Part shown: piece after piece, positions 39,477 through 49,188 of the stretch
Numbering within the stretch: position 1 is the stretch's first letter
Layout: the number at the start of each line of letters is the position of its first letter
IMG/VR virus record: IMGVR_UViG_3300035498_002028
DNA length: 64,000 nucleotides
From: a virus
Lineage: Duplodnaviria; Heunggongvirae; Uroviricota; Caudoviricetes
Direction: 5' to 3' (one strand)
Made by a program: the position numbers and the translations under genes
Notes under the pieces: generated by a model
The model's input: the letters and a program-made list of their open reading frames with translations, nothing else
The model's database searches: none
What the model was told of the DNA's origin: nothing

Positions 39477-40074
39477 CTATCCAGGAATTATAGCCATCGG
39501 AAATTTGTTGCAATGTTTTAGGTGCATAATCCATATATGGATACATACATCCGACATTAAATGCTTTAACTGAAAAACCTTGTTTGTTTAGATAATTGCT
39601 TATTTGTCTTTCTAATTCTGCTTCTTTGGTAACATGTGAATGACCATGAATCAAAACAGCTTCATGATAATGTCCTTCATAGAATGGCATATAATAGTGT
39701 GACATAATTACCTGTATCTGTTTCCCGTCAAGAACATCTGTAACTTTTTTGTAATTTACGATTTCTTCAAAACGTTTCTTAAATACAGAAGATGTGGTTT
39801 TGTCATGATTCCCTAAAATAAGATGCAGATTCCCATGCATCTTATTCAATATACTCATAGCTTCATTTCTATTGGTATCGTTGAATTTCCATATTAAATC
39901 GCCACAAATATATACATGGTCTGCATTCGTAACACTCTCATTCCATCGCTTCAAAATATCGTTATTCATTTCCTCAACGTCTTTATATGGTCTATCATCA
40001 AAATTCTTTCCAGCCTTTGTAACGTTTTTATGAAATAAATGAAGGTCTGAGATATATAACTTTCTTTGTTCCAA
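39457..40074 (-). CDS. calcineurin-like metallophosphoesterase
   Basis: LYISDLHLFH ... GDLIWK ... GNHD ... HGHSH motifs. Confidence 0.65.
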   Translation of the reverse strand: MEQRKLYISDLHLFHKNVTKAGKNFDDRPYKDVEEMNNDILKRWNESVTNADHVYICGDLIWKFNDTNRNEAMSILNKMHGNLHLILGNHDKTTSSVFKKRFEEIVNYKKVTDVLDGKQIQVIMSHYYMPFYEGHYHEAVLIHGHSHVTKEAELERQISNYLNKQGFSVKAFNVGCMYPYMDYAPKTLQQISDGYNSWIGGEEGE

Positions 40075-40086
40075 GTTTTCCCCTCC

Positions 40087-40527
40087 TTACTTAAAATTTC
40101 CTACTATGACAATAATCGCCCCAATGTAATATACATAATCCAAAATCACATTGTATAAGAAATAAAATCTATGAAACTTTATCTTATTCATATCCGGATT
40201 GACGAAATCAATCTTCAACGCAACAAAGAAATTCGGAATAATAGTTGCGACCTGCATGGCGCTAAGTACCAAAAATAAAGAATTTCCTACTACTTTGCTT
40301 ATCGCAAAATAATAAATAATCTCTAAAATCACAATAAGAGCCAAAATTATATAGGATATAATTAGTACCACTGTGCGCTGTTCTATATCCATAGCCGACA
40401 TTTTTTCTTTGATAGATAATAAATCTTTCTGAATATAATCCATATACATCTTTTTACTTAATAATTTTGGAGTATTCTTAATGCGTAAATACAATAAATA
40501 AAATGTAATTGCTAGTAGTATAATCAT
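40087..40527 (-). CDS. integral membrane protein
   Basis: Four predicted hydrophobic helices. Confidence 0.5.
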   Translation of the reverse strand: MIILLAITFYLLYLRIKNTPKLLSKKMYMDYIQKDLLSIKEKMSAMDIEQRTVVLIISYIILALIVILEIIYYFAISKVVGNSLFLVLSAMQVATIIPNFFVALKIDFVNPDMNKIKFHRFYFLYNVILDYVYYIGAIIVIVGNFK

Positions 40528-40530
40528 TCA

Positions 40531-41445
40531 TTATACCTCCGTTGTTCTGTCTTGGTTATGCGGAATTAAAAGCATCTCTTTGCTACTAAATCCGGCAGCG
40601 CCAGCATGACCGCCACCACCATGATTCATTGCAATCTTTGAGACATCAATCCTATTTGAACGCAGTGAATATGTCCATACATTTCCATCAAATGAAAATC
40701 CAACAAACATATCATAATTTTCTGAATCTACGGAATTAAAATCGTCACTGCTTACCATTGCGAGATTGATTGCAAAACATTTGAATCCATCAAGTATTGC
40801 TTCGAAACCTTTTATTGCGCAATATTCAGCAACCCAGCCCTCTCTATATGTGATAATATCTACTCCACTCTTACAAATAGAATCCAATAATTTTTCATCT
40901 GAATCAGTAATTAAATCATTCCAGATTTCGTCTGTTGGTTCATTATCATATAACTGAAAACCACTCGCAAATCGTCTTGTTTGAATGCCATACTTAAATG
41001 TCCATACATCATAATCTGCAATAAGTTTTGTAAACATCGGTGCTTCTTGTGTCATAGAGATATCGAAGTTTTTAATCACTTCTCCAACTCCACCATCCGT
41101 CATGAATTTTAAGAAACAGAATGTAAGCATACATCCGGCAACACCATCTAATCGAATACCTCTGATATTCTTCGTATATCCTCTATATCTTTCAATTGAT
41201 GATTGATGATGGTCAATCCATACAACATCATTTGTAATTTCAAGAAGCCTATCCATTTCTTCCGGGAAAATAGAATAGTCAACGATATATACCTGTTCAC
41301 CTTCTTGGATTTTATCAAATGGGAAATCCATACCATAATTGATTTTGTAAAACTCTAATGGATAGTTGTCACTGTGCCAAGCTAATTCCTTAACCCAGAA
41401 TCCAGCACACTTTCCATCATTATCAACGTGATAAAATACTTTCAT
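40531..41445 (-). CDS. DHH/DHHA1 phosphoesterase (NrnA-like nanoRNase / pAp phosphatase)
   Basis: VVWIDHHQS (DHH motif) and GGGGHAGAAGF (DHHA1 GGGH). Confidence 0.65.
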   Translation of the reverse strand: MKVFYHVDNDGKCAGFWVKELAWHSDNYPLEFYKINYGMDFPFDKIQEGEQVYIVDYSIFPEEMDRLLEITNDVVWIDHHQSSIERYRGYTKNIRGIRLDGVAGCMLTFCFLKFMTDGGVGEVIKNFDISMTQEAPMFTKLIADYDVWTFKYGIQTRRFASGFQLYDNEPTDEIWNDLITDSDEKLLDSICKSGVDIITYREGWVAEYCAIKGFEAILDGFKCFAINLAMVSSDDFNSVDSENYDMFVGFSFDGNVWTYSLRSNRIDVSKIAMNHGGGGHAGAAGFSSKEMLLIPHNQDRTTEV

Positions 41446-41689
41446 CTTCTAATCCTCCATCTTCACATAAGAACTCTTCCATATCTTTTTTAAACTGCTT
41501 TAATATTTCCTCATCGGTTGAGTGAATATGTATTTTCACTGGCTTTGAAATATCAAGTGTGAACAGCCCAATAATTGATTTTGCATCAATTACATATCTG
41601 CCACGGATAGCGTCAATATCGCAGTCATATTTTAAAACTATCTCAGAGAATCTTTTTACTCTTTCAATTGAATTTAAGTTCAATAACAC
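41423..41689 (-). CDS. hypothetical protein
   Basis: 88-aa ORF. Confidence 0.4.
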   Translation of the reverse strand: MLLNLNSIERVKRFSEIVLKYDCDIDAIRGRYVIDAKSIIGLFTLDISKPVKIHIHSTDEEILKQFKKDMEEFLCEDGGLEDESILSR

Positions 41690-41692
41690 AAA

Positions 41693-41977
41693 TCATCCCT
41701 CCAATTCTATCTTCTGTAATCTATACTGTTGTTTAATATTTGGATATTTCTCTTTATCCACTTTGCTGATAAACATGTTATAAGGTCTTGCAAACGTTTT
41801 GAATGGATAATACAACGCCTGGTAAATTACAAGCGTTTCACCTGTTTCTGTATGTTGAGCAATATCCTTTACGACATATAAATACTGATTACTACTTTTA
41901 TCCTCAATCATTTCCCTTTTAAAATGCTGTACGATATCGCCAATACTAATACCGGAATCTTTGCGTAAATCTATCAT
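41693..41977 (-). CDS. DUF1653-like small protein
   Basis: GDIVQHFKRE...YLYVVKDIAQHTETGETLVIYQALY matches the DUF1653 pattern. Confidence 0.4.
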   Translation of the reverse strand: MIDLRKDSGISIGDIVQHFKREMIEDKSSNQYLYVVKDIAQHTETGETLVIYQALYYPFKTFARPYNMFISKVDKEKYPNIKQQYRLQKIELEG

Positions 41978-41986
41978 TTCCCTCTC

Positions 41987-42664
41987 CTACTTATAAAATT
42001 TATCAATTTCTTTACTTAAATAATTCAAATACTCTTCCCACATTTCTTTAAGGTAGATATATTCCTTGACCTGCCTTGCCAACATGTTCTTTTTCATATC
42101 TGTTTTATAATCAAAAGATTTGTCGTATTTCTTATACTTCTTTTGAAGCACAGAATTTAAAAACTCTGTTGTAATTTTGTGGATTAAGAGTAAATCCTTT
42201 TTCTGAACTTTACTTGCGATTTTCTTGTAACGTTCATTTTCTTCTAAGGGTATTTCGGCATTTTTATCCGCAGGTAAGTTTTTTACACTGAATGGACTAA
42301 TATCTGCTCCGGCTGTTTTTGCCTTTAATAAGTCCGCTACAATACCAATATCTTTTGCTTTGAAGTTAAATAATACCTCTTCATCGCTTTCCATATAGTT
42401 CATATACGTGACATTGGCTTCTTCCAAGGCTTTCTTTATGTTTCTACCTCTACCAATCGAAGGGATATATGCAGATAAAATCGCTCTTTTATTAACGTCA
42501 TGACCATACATATATATCTTATTGTGATTTCTGCAATCTATATATAGGTCATCATATCCTTCGGCTATATCGCCTTTAGCATCTCTTGGGATATCGTGAG
42601 TAACCTCGTCAAGCTCTGGAAGAACTCTATATGTCCCTTTGTATTTCATTAAATAATGGCTCAT
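41987..42664 (-). CDS. hypothetical protein
   Basis: 225-aa ORF. Confidence 0.5.
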   Translation of the reverse strand: MSHYLMKYKGTYRVLPELDEVTHDIPRDAKGDIAEGYDDLYIDCRNHNKIYMYGHDVNKRAILSAYIPSIGRGRNIKKALEEANVTYMNYMESDEEVLFNFKAKDIGIVADLLKAKTAGADISPFSVKNLPADKNAEIPLEENERYKKIASKVQKKDLLLIHKITTEFLNSVLQKKYKKYDKSFDYKTDMKKNMLARQVKEYIYLKEMWEEYLNYLSKEIDKFYK

Positions 42665-42680
42665 TAAAATATTCTCCTAG

Positions 42681-43031
42681 TTAAGTATTGTTTCTATATC
42701 TCGAATATTTCTCTGCAAAACCCAGCTTATATCTTCGTATATGTCCTTTATAAATCAAATCTTTATACCACGGCATTTCAGTATCCTCTAAATCTGAAAA
42801 ATCATAATCGGCATTCCCATCACTCCACATAAAATGAAGCATCTGAAAATTCCCGTTTTCGGTTATACGTGGCTTGCAGAAATATATTTTCACATTGGGG
42901 CTTCTAATTTTTGCCTTAACCGCTTCAATTAAACAATTTGAATAATATGGCTTTGAAATAATCCGAAAACTACTCATGTTGCACACTCCTAATGCATTAA
43001 GCAATTCTAACAATCTGCTCAAAAAATACAT
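42681..43031 (-). CDS. hypothetical protein
   Basis: 116-aa ORF. Confidence 0.4.
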   Translation of the reverse strand: MYFLSRLLELLNALGVCNMSSFRIISKPYYSNCLIEAVKAKIRSPNVKIYFCKPRITENGNFQMLHFMWSDGNADYDFSDLEDTEMPWYKDLIYKGHIRRYKLGFAEKYSRYRNNT

Positions 43032-43767
43032 AGAATTTACTCATAATTCTTTGTGAGCAATGATAATGTCCCGCTAACCAAGAATCGAATTCTAATCCAT
43101 CGTCTATCAGCTGGTTAAAATACATTGTCAAAATATCTGGTTTATAAAATCCTTTTGACAATACAGAAGCTACGCTTTGTGGTAAGCAATGACTGATAAC
43201 AATATCAACCTTGTTGTTATGCTTTGCTAAGTTTTCAATTCCTCGCTGCATTTCCTCTTCTGATGGTAGTTCCTCGTCCCACCAAGAAAATCCTCTTACC
43301 CTAAACATCTTATTCTGTTTATTCCAAAGGTTATAGGTTTTTCTGAAATCCTTTTCACTTGCAAAATCGTTAGGGTCTAATATACCATCTTGAATATCGT
43401 GCGAACTTGCCCCACCAAATGCAAAAATTTTCTTGTCGCATAGCTCAAACACATAACCTCTCATTAAATGATAAACGCTATCGTTAATCTTGTGGGCTTT
43501 GCCGCCATAAAAATCAACAACCTCAAATGCATCATTTAGCACAGGATGATTGTCATGGTTTCCATCTATGAATAAAGTTGTAAAAGGTTTCTTATCTAGC
43601 CAGTCAAGCCAATATTTTTCTCCTTTTGTTTGCCGATTGTTCCAGACAAGCCCGAAATCTCCAAGGATAATTACAAAATCATCCTTGGTCATTTCTTTTT
43701 GTTCCGGGAAACAATCTGTGCTAAATCTACTAGGGTCGCCGTGGATATCTCCTGTTATATAAATCAT
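42997..43767 (-). CDS. calcineurin-like metallophosphoesterase
   Basis: MIYITGDIHGD ... GDFGLVWN ... GNHDNH motifs. Confidence 0.65.
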   Translation of the reverse strand: MIYITGDIHGDPSRFSTDCFPEQKEMTKDDFVIILGDFGLVWNNRQTKGEKYWLDWLDKKPFTTLFIDGNHDNHPVLNDAFEVVDFYGGKAHKINDSVYHLMRGYVFELCDKKIFAFGGASSHDIQDGILDPNDFASEKDFRKTYNLWNKQNKMFRVRGFSWWDEELPSEEEMQRGIENLAKHNNKVDIVISHCLPQSVASVLSKGFYKPDILTMYFNQLIDDGLEFDSWLAGHYHCSQRIMSKFYVFFEQIVRIA

Positions 43768-43787
43768 AGTGTTCCCCTTTATCCTTT

Positions 43788-44027
43788 CTAAAAAATGTTC
43801 GGTATATTATATCCTTGCAAAATACATATCGAATATATTAACCCAATAATGGATGCAGAAAAAATAATCTTACCCAAATCAGTCAACTTCTCTGTTCTGT
43901 CTATTACGACAAGAACGCATTCAATGACAATGAATGCTGAGCCAACTAATAACCATCCTACTGGTAATCCGCTAATCAATGTGACAGCAAATAATACCAG
44001 ATACAAAATTGATAATAAACCAAGCAT
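43788..44027 (-). CDS. small two-TM membrane protein
   Basis: 79 aa, hydrophobic throughout. Confidence 0.4.
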   Translation of the reverse strand: MLGLLSILYLVLFAVTLISGLPVGWLLVGSAFIVIECVLVVIDRTEKLTDLGKIIFSASIIGLIYSICILQGYNIPNIF

Positions 44028-44044
44028 ATTTATTCTCCTTTACA

Positions 44045-45727
44045 TTATTTATAAAACCTGTAAATATTGTCATCATTAACAATAATGAACTGTCCACCAT
44101 TCTTTATAAGTACACTATCTGAGCTAACTGCGCTGCAAGTAAAATCTTTATACTGTAAGTTTTTTACATTTAATCCTCTGATTGCATCGTCAATAGGAAT
44201 GTAGATTGCGCCATTGTCATAGCATACGTTATATACAGGACACTTGTAATTGATTTTATCGCTTGACCATTTCAGCACATTCTTGTCAAGAATATATGTA
44301 TGAAACATAGACGTTTTATCTTCAATAATCACAAGCCACCTGTCAAGTTTCTTGTCATAATGCGGCGCACAATTTTGAATACGCTTATAAAAATCCATCA
44401 CATAATTGTACCCGTCAATATTGATAATGACTTTGTTATCATAAGCATTAACCAAACAATATTTACCATTTACAACATTGAAGAATGATGTGCTGCTACA
44501 CTTTGCAATATTCCTTCTCCCAATGCCATTCGCAGTAATTTCGATACTTGATAAATATTCTTGGTCAGATAGATAATAAATCGTGTTATTGTCAATCACC
44601 GGATACGAATTGTACTTAATCGGAATTCTTGACTTTCCAATCTCCATATAGTCCTTATAGCAAATAATTACATTTCCATTTTTATCAAACAGGCAACGAC
44701 CACCATTATATTTAACCTTTTTGCCAGTCGTTATACTTACAACTTCATCATTCTTATTAAGATATGCTTTATCTGAAAATACTGCCTTGATATCAAGTGC
44801 GGATAATACATCTGCAATCTTAAAACCATTTTCAACGCCAATAGAGATTGCCTTACTGATTACCTTTGCTGCCATATTACACATAGGACATGTATCAAAA
44901 TCAGAAAAATAATAATCATTGTCAGTCTTACAAAAAGTGAGGTGTGTTAGCATGTCTTGTATGAAGTCCCCAAATTTTCTATCTCCATTATTGAACACAT
45001 TTTTAAACCCATTTACTAAATCCGGCGATAAATTTCTCCATGTCTTTGTTGTTTTAGGGATTTTCACGTTTGGATTATCAATCACAGATAAACCTTTATT
45101 TATTCTCTCCACAATTTGCATATCTGGGTTTGTTGTGCCGCCAAATGGATGTATTCTTGTGAGTGACTTCCATGCAAGCACACAGAATGCATATGTATCT
45201 GTATCTGCATTGAAATTATCCCCAACTAACTTAGGGTCTTTGAACAAATCCATTGCCACTTCACAATGTTGTGAACCAATGCTCCAACTATCTGTATCAA
45301 TGATAAATACATCCTTTGTCTTTGGGTCAAAGAGAATGTTTTGGTCATTCAAATCACCAATAAAGATATTCTGATTGTGCAAAATTTGTAACACATTCCA
45401 AATCTTACTAAGCATTTCGAGAATATCTTTTGTATTGATATTGTTTGAAGTAACAAATTTCTTGTTGGATAAACGCTTAAAATCTTCTCCCTGTACTTTA
45501 GGCATTACCATGCCAATAAAGCGATTCTTTTTGTCGAATACGCAGTCTGTGGGCTTTACTACTTCTTTTGGCAGATTGGCGTTCATAAGCATCTGAATTT
45601 TTTGTTGCTTGGATGCAAGATTTATATGTGGTTTGTAAATCTTAATAACAGATTTCTTCCCATATTCATATATAATCCCTTCCCCACCTTCCGTCAGTGG
45701 AGTTTTTCCATAAGAATCAAATTGCAT
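44045..45727 (-). CDS. Ser/Thr protein kinase-like domain protein with C-terminal repeat/propeller-like region (kinase of a TerY-P-like triad)
   Basis: GGEGIIYEYGKKSVIKIYK (Gly loop plus Lys), IGDLNDQNILFD (catalytic-loop-like), IIDTDSWS (DFG-like). Confidence 0.55.
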   Translation of the reverse strand: MQFDSYGKTPLTEGGEGIIYEYGKKSVIKIYKPHINLASKQQKIQMLMNANLPKEVVKPTDCVFDKKNRFIGMVMPKVQGEDFKRLSNKKFVTSNNINTKDILEMLSKIWNVLQILHNQNIFIGDLNDQNILFDPKTKDVFIIDTDSWSIGSQHCEVAMDLFKDPKLVGDNFNADTDTYAFCVLAWKSLTRIHPFGGTTNPDMQIVERINKGLSVIDNPNVKIPKTTKTWRNLSPDLVNGFKNVFNNGDRKFGDFIQDMLTHLTFCKTDNDYYFSDFDTCPMCNMAAKVISKAISIGVENGFKIADVLSALDIKAVFSDKAYLNKNDEVVSITTGKKVKYNGGRCLFDKNGNVIICYKDYMEIGKSRIPIKYNSYPVIDNNTIYYLSDQEYLSSIEITANGIGRRNIAKCSSTSFFNVVNGKYCLVNAYDNKVIINIDGYNYVMDFYKRIQNCAPHYDKKLDRWLVIIEDKTSMFHTYILDKNVLKWSSDKINYKCPVYNVCYDNGAIYIPIDDAIRGLNVKNLQYKDFTCSAVSSDSVLIKNGGQFIIVNDDNIYRFYK

Positions 45728-45739
45728 AAGCTCACCACC

Positions 45740-46453
45740 TTACATAACCACAGAAAAATCATCCTGGAATATCTTTTCATTGCGATTGAAAAATAACTTC
45801 ATTCGCATATCTTTCCCGGACAACAATACTTGTTTTAATTCTTCTTTTAGTGGGTTGCCATCTTCAAGGTCTGCAACAAACCTAATACCATCGGAAGCAA
45901 CGCCAATGTTATTAACACCTTCAAACTCTATTGTTTCAATAGAAACACCATCTTTGTATTCACTCATACGAGAACCATCAACATAGTTGTAACAAAGATA
46001 TTTTGGATATTTTCCACAATCCAGTTTTCTAAAAGAAATTGAATCATCCTTGTTTACAATGATGTATCCATCACCACAGTAATTAACCCATGCGTTATTG
46101 CTTCCCAATTCCTTTTCTACAACCAAAGTTGTAAATGATAAATAATCCTTAATATCTTCCGGATTATCGCCAATAAGTTGCACAAGCTCATCCATCACAG
46201 ACATCATAAGCGCAGGAATGTCAATGTATTTCTTGCCTTTTTCTACAAAGTTTTTATACCTGTCTACAATCAGCTTGCAAAATAACTTTGCTCCAATTTC
46301 AGAATGCTTTCCTGCTGAGCAGCCATCACACACTACCTTAAATATCCCTTTATACTCGCCAGTTGCGTCTTGACAGTTAATGCTTTCCTCTTTATGAGAG
46401 AATCCCATTTTCAATACGTTCATATTGTTCCTCCTAACAATTATGGGGAACAA
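45740..46453 (-). CDS. PP2C-family Ser/Thr phosphatase
   Basis: INCQDA...VCDGCSAGKHSE...YCGDGYIIV...VASDGI match PP2C metal-binding motifs. Confidence 0.6.
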   Translation of the reverse strand: MFPIIVRRNNMNVLKMGFSHKEESINCQDATGEYKGIFKVVCDGCSAGKHSEIGAKLFCKLIVDRYKNFVEKGKKYIDIPALMMSVMDELVQLIGDNPEDIKDYLSFTTLVVEKELGSNNAWVNYCGDGYIIVNKDDSISFRKLDCGKYPKYLCYNYVDGSRMSEYKDGVSIETIEFEGVNNIGVASDGIRFVADLEDGNPLKEELKQVLLSGKDMRMKLFFNRNEKIFQDDFSVVM

Positions 46454-46493
46454 GATATGCTCTCATTCCCCATAATCCATTTCATAAATCTAT

Positions 46494-47195
46494 CTATACG
46501 AAGAATGCATCTCCGTCAGCAACAACCGACTTAGAACTCTCGATTACGGACTTGCTCAGACAATTAAAAGCCTTCCTTAATTCACTTGCAGAACTTCCGA
46601 CTTCAAGCAGATTCACAAATCCAAGCCGCTGAGCTTCCACCTTCGCGTCACCTCCGAAAGAAATAAACGCAGTGGTAATCTCTTCTCTGTTCAAGTTTTC
46701 GATAGCCTGTCTTGCCGTTGCTACATCTGCTCTTGAAGCGTTCTCAAATCCGTCTGAGAAAATAGCAAATACACACTTTACTCTCACACCCTGGTCACGA
46801 AGGTATTTGCGATATTCAAGCATTTTTCTGCTGCCCTCAACAACCGTATCATACATTGCTGTTGAGCCACCAGCTGAGAAACTTGTATCGAACTCGTCAA
46901 TTGCCTTGTAACCGCCGATATTGACATCGCTTGCAAAATCAGCGCGGGCAACCAAAATCTCATTAGATTCCTTTGAATTGGTAAGCGCATCCTTAAAATC
47001 ATTTAAGCACTGAATCATGTCATTGCTGTATGATGACATCGAACCGGAACCATCAATACCAATCATCATAAGGTTTACGTTTTCACTCTCAAGGTCATCA
47101 ACACTGGTATTCTCTTCTTCGATGCCAAGACCGTCAATTTCTAATCCGTTTGTTTCAAAATCACTCATTGTATTACCCTCCTTACAGAATAGCAT
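46494..47195 (-). CDS. von Willebrand factor A domain protein (TerY-like)
   Basis: LMMIGIDGSGSMSSY is a MIDAS D.S.S motif; adjacent to the PP2C and kinase genes. Confidence 0.65.
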   Translation of the reverse strand: MLFCKEGNTMSDFETNGLEIDGLGIEEENTSVDDLESENVNLMMIGIDGSGSMSSYSNDMIQCLNDFKDALTNSKESNEILVARADFASDVNIGGYKAIDEFDTSFSAGGSTAMYDTVVEGSRKMLEYRKYLRDQGVRVKCVFAIFSDGFENASRADVATARQAIENLNREEITTAFISFGGDAKVEAQRLGFVNLLEVGSSASELRKAFNCLSKSVIESSKSVVADGDAFFV

Positions 47196-48090
47196 CTGTT
47201 GATTTTACGATGTTGACACCGTATACAGATACAAAGTTGTTAAAAGTATCTTCTGTTACCTGCTCAAAACCAGGAATACTTGACATACAATCGCTAAGAA
47301 TATAAATCTTTTTAGTTACTTCTGGCTGATTTGCATAATTCTCAAGAATCTGCTTGATAGTTTCAAGTACGCAATGGGATTTTGCTTCGCCAGCAATTAC
47401 AATCTTGTCGTATGATGCAACAGAATTTAAGTAGTCGATATTGACATAATTCTTTGTATCATACTCCGGCTTGATAATGCCGTACATCTCACTTAATGGG
47501 TCAGTACCTTTAACCAGACGCTTAACAACCGACTTCTTTGCTACGCTGTGGAAATAAATCATATTTGCAAACTGGTTTTCAAGCGCACAACCTGTAGTTC
47601 CCTGGATGCAATGATAAGCCCAAATGCATAACTGCTTCTTTCCATCCTGCTCCAAATGCTTTACATACTCTCTTGATTCCTTTGGTGCAATAACAGGCTT
47701 CCATTTTCCAGAATCAAGGTCTGCCAACGTAATGACAGTATAAGGAGCCGGATTATTGCCATTTTCATCTACCCACCAACACGGATGGAAAATCTGATGC
47801 GGCGTATGTGTATCAATAGATACGGCAATATTTGAAATCTTGTCCATGTTATTGTAGATAAACTGCGTCATTCGCTCTACATCTCCATGTGCGCCAGGAA
47901 CTCCCAACGCCCCATTGTCCATGAAGTCCTGCTGTACATCAATCCCAAGGAACAATACTCTCTCCGTATTCTGTTTCGCTGGAGCAAGCTGTTCGTCATT
48001 TGCCATCTTCAAAATGTCATTTAATGCAATCGGATTTTCTTTTGCTCCAATAGACGGAATGTTTACTATATCGTTATAAGGTGTATTCAT
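47182..48090 (-). CDS. isochorismatase-family cysteine hydrolase (nicotinamidase-like)
   Basis: LFLGIDVQQDFMDNGALGV ... SIDTH pattern. Confidence 0.55.
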   Translation of the reverse strand: MNTPYNDIVNIPSIGAKENPIALNDILKMANDEQLAPAKQNTERVLFLGIDVQQDFMDNGALGVPGAHGDVERMTQFIYNNMDKISNIAVSIDTHTPHQIFHPCWWVDENGNNPAPYTVITLADLDSGKWKPVIAPKESREYVKHLEQDGKKQLCIWAYHCIQGTTGCALENQFANMIYFHSVAKKSVVKRLVKGTDPLSEMYGIIKPEYDTKNYVNIDYLNSVASYDKIVIAGEAKSHCVLETIKQILENYANQPEVTKKIYILSDCMSSIPGFEQVTEDTFNNFVSVYGVNIVKSTDAIL

Positions 48091-48126
48091 ATCTTTTTCC
48101 TCTCTTTCTTTTGGCTACACTTAGAA

Positions 48127-48888
48127 TTACTTCTGTGCATCATTCATCTCTGTAACTGTCTGGTTTGCCTGCTCATTATCATTAGAGCTATTTTCCTGCG
48201 TGTTCGCTTCGGATTCTTCGATAAGCTGACCAAACAACTTGCCAAGCTCATCCATAGCCGCACTCACTTCTTTGCTCTCTTCCTCACGAAGTTCTTTTAT
48301 AGCTCTAATGTACGCTTCTTTCTGAATCTCGATTGCTTCTTCCTTCTTTGCTTCTGCAATCTTGGCTGCACGAGCTTTCTTCTTCTCGACAAACTTTGCT
48401 GCTTTAGCAACCTCAGCTTCGTACTGTTCTGCTAATTTTGCAGCCATTTTCTCGTTTTCGTTCATAACATTTACAGCTCTCTTGATAACCTTGTTATACA
48501 ATGAACCACCGAAGGGAGTATTCCTACCGAGCAACTTCTTTGTAATGCAAATTGAGATACCCTGCTCCAAAGAATATGTATCTGTTAAATCAAGTACGGC
48601 TTTTTCTTTTGTACCATCCGCAAATTTAACCACAACAACCTTTGGCGCTCCGTCTTTTTGAATTACCTTTACATCGCAAATGTCCGGCATAATTACTTCG
48701 CAGCCAATTACCGCACCGTTTTGAAAAAATCCAGCACAAATGGCTCCATCGTGGAAATACACCTTTGTTCTTGTTTCCGTTGTTACGTTGCCTACTGCCA
48801 TTACCTCTGGTTTCCCTGTTTTGCTTTCGCATTCATCTGAACCAAAGGGCAGTTTTGCTTTTACCTCTGACATCCTTTTGTCCTCCAT
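48127..48888 (-). CDS. hypothetical protein with C-terminal coiled coil
   Basis: 253-aa ORF. Confidence 0.5.
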   Translation of the reverse strand: MEDKRMSEVKAKLPFGSDECESKTGKPEVMAVGNVTTETRTKVYFHDGAICAGFFQNGAVIGCEVIMPDICDVKVIQKDGAPKVVVVKFADGTKEKAVLDLTDTYSLEQGISICITKKLLGRNTPFGGSLYNKVIKRAVNVMNENEKMAAKLAEQYEAEVAKAAKFVEKKKARAAKIAEAKKEEAIEIQKEAYIRAIKELREEESKEVSAAMDELGKLFGQLIEESEANTQENSSNDNEQANQTVTEMNDAQK

Positions 48889-48917
48889 TTTAATGTTTTA
48901 TAATAGCGTTTCCGCAA

Positions 48918-48999
48918 TGCTGGTAGAGAGATTTGAACTCTCACATCTAATGATACCGGAGCTTAAATCCGGTGTGTCTGCCATTCCACCATACCAGCA
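48918..48999 (-). tRNA. tRNA-Leu (anticodon UAA), class II with long variable arm
   Basis: Manual fold: acceptor GCTGGTA/TACCAGC, D-arm GTG-GAATGGCAGA-CAC, anticodon stem CCGGA/TCCGG with loop TTTAAGC, long variable arm, T-arm AGAG-TTCAAAT-CTCT, discriminator A; no encoded CCA. Confidence 0.65.
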
Positions 49000-49188
49000 T
49001 GTCCATAAAGACCTTTAAAAACTTTATGGCTATTGAGAGCGAGCTTTCCTATCTACCGAAATATAGAGGATAAGAAGAAGAGAGATGCTTCGGTTTTTTG
49101 TCGGTGCTACTCTCGGTTTGCGTTCATTTAATTCTTTCCAAATTTTTATAATGAAACCCTAATACGGAGGGCTGAACGACAGGTTTTG

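Noticed and set aside
2254-48832. Numerous 60-150 aa ORFs on the opposite strand, inside long minus-strand genes (for example 2254-2439, 4353-4580, 10661-11095, 21723-22382, 44919-45374, 48626-48832)
   Set aside because: They are fully embedded antisense in well-supported genes, lack an RBS, and have low-complexity or hydrophobic composition typical of AT-rich antisense frames.
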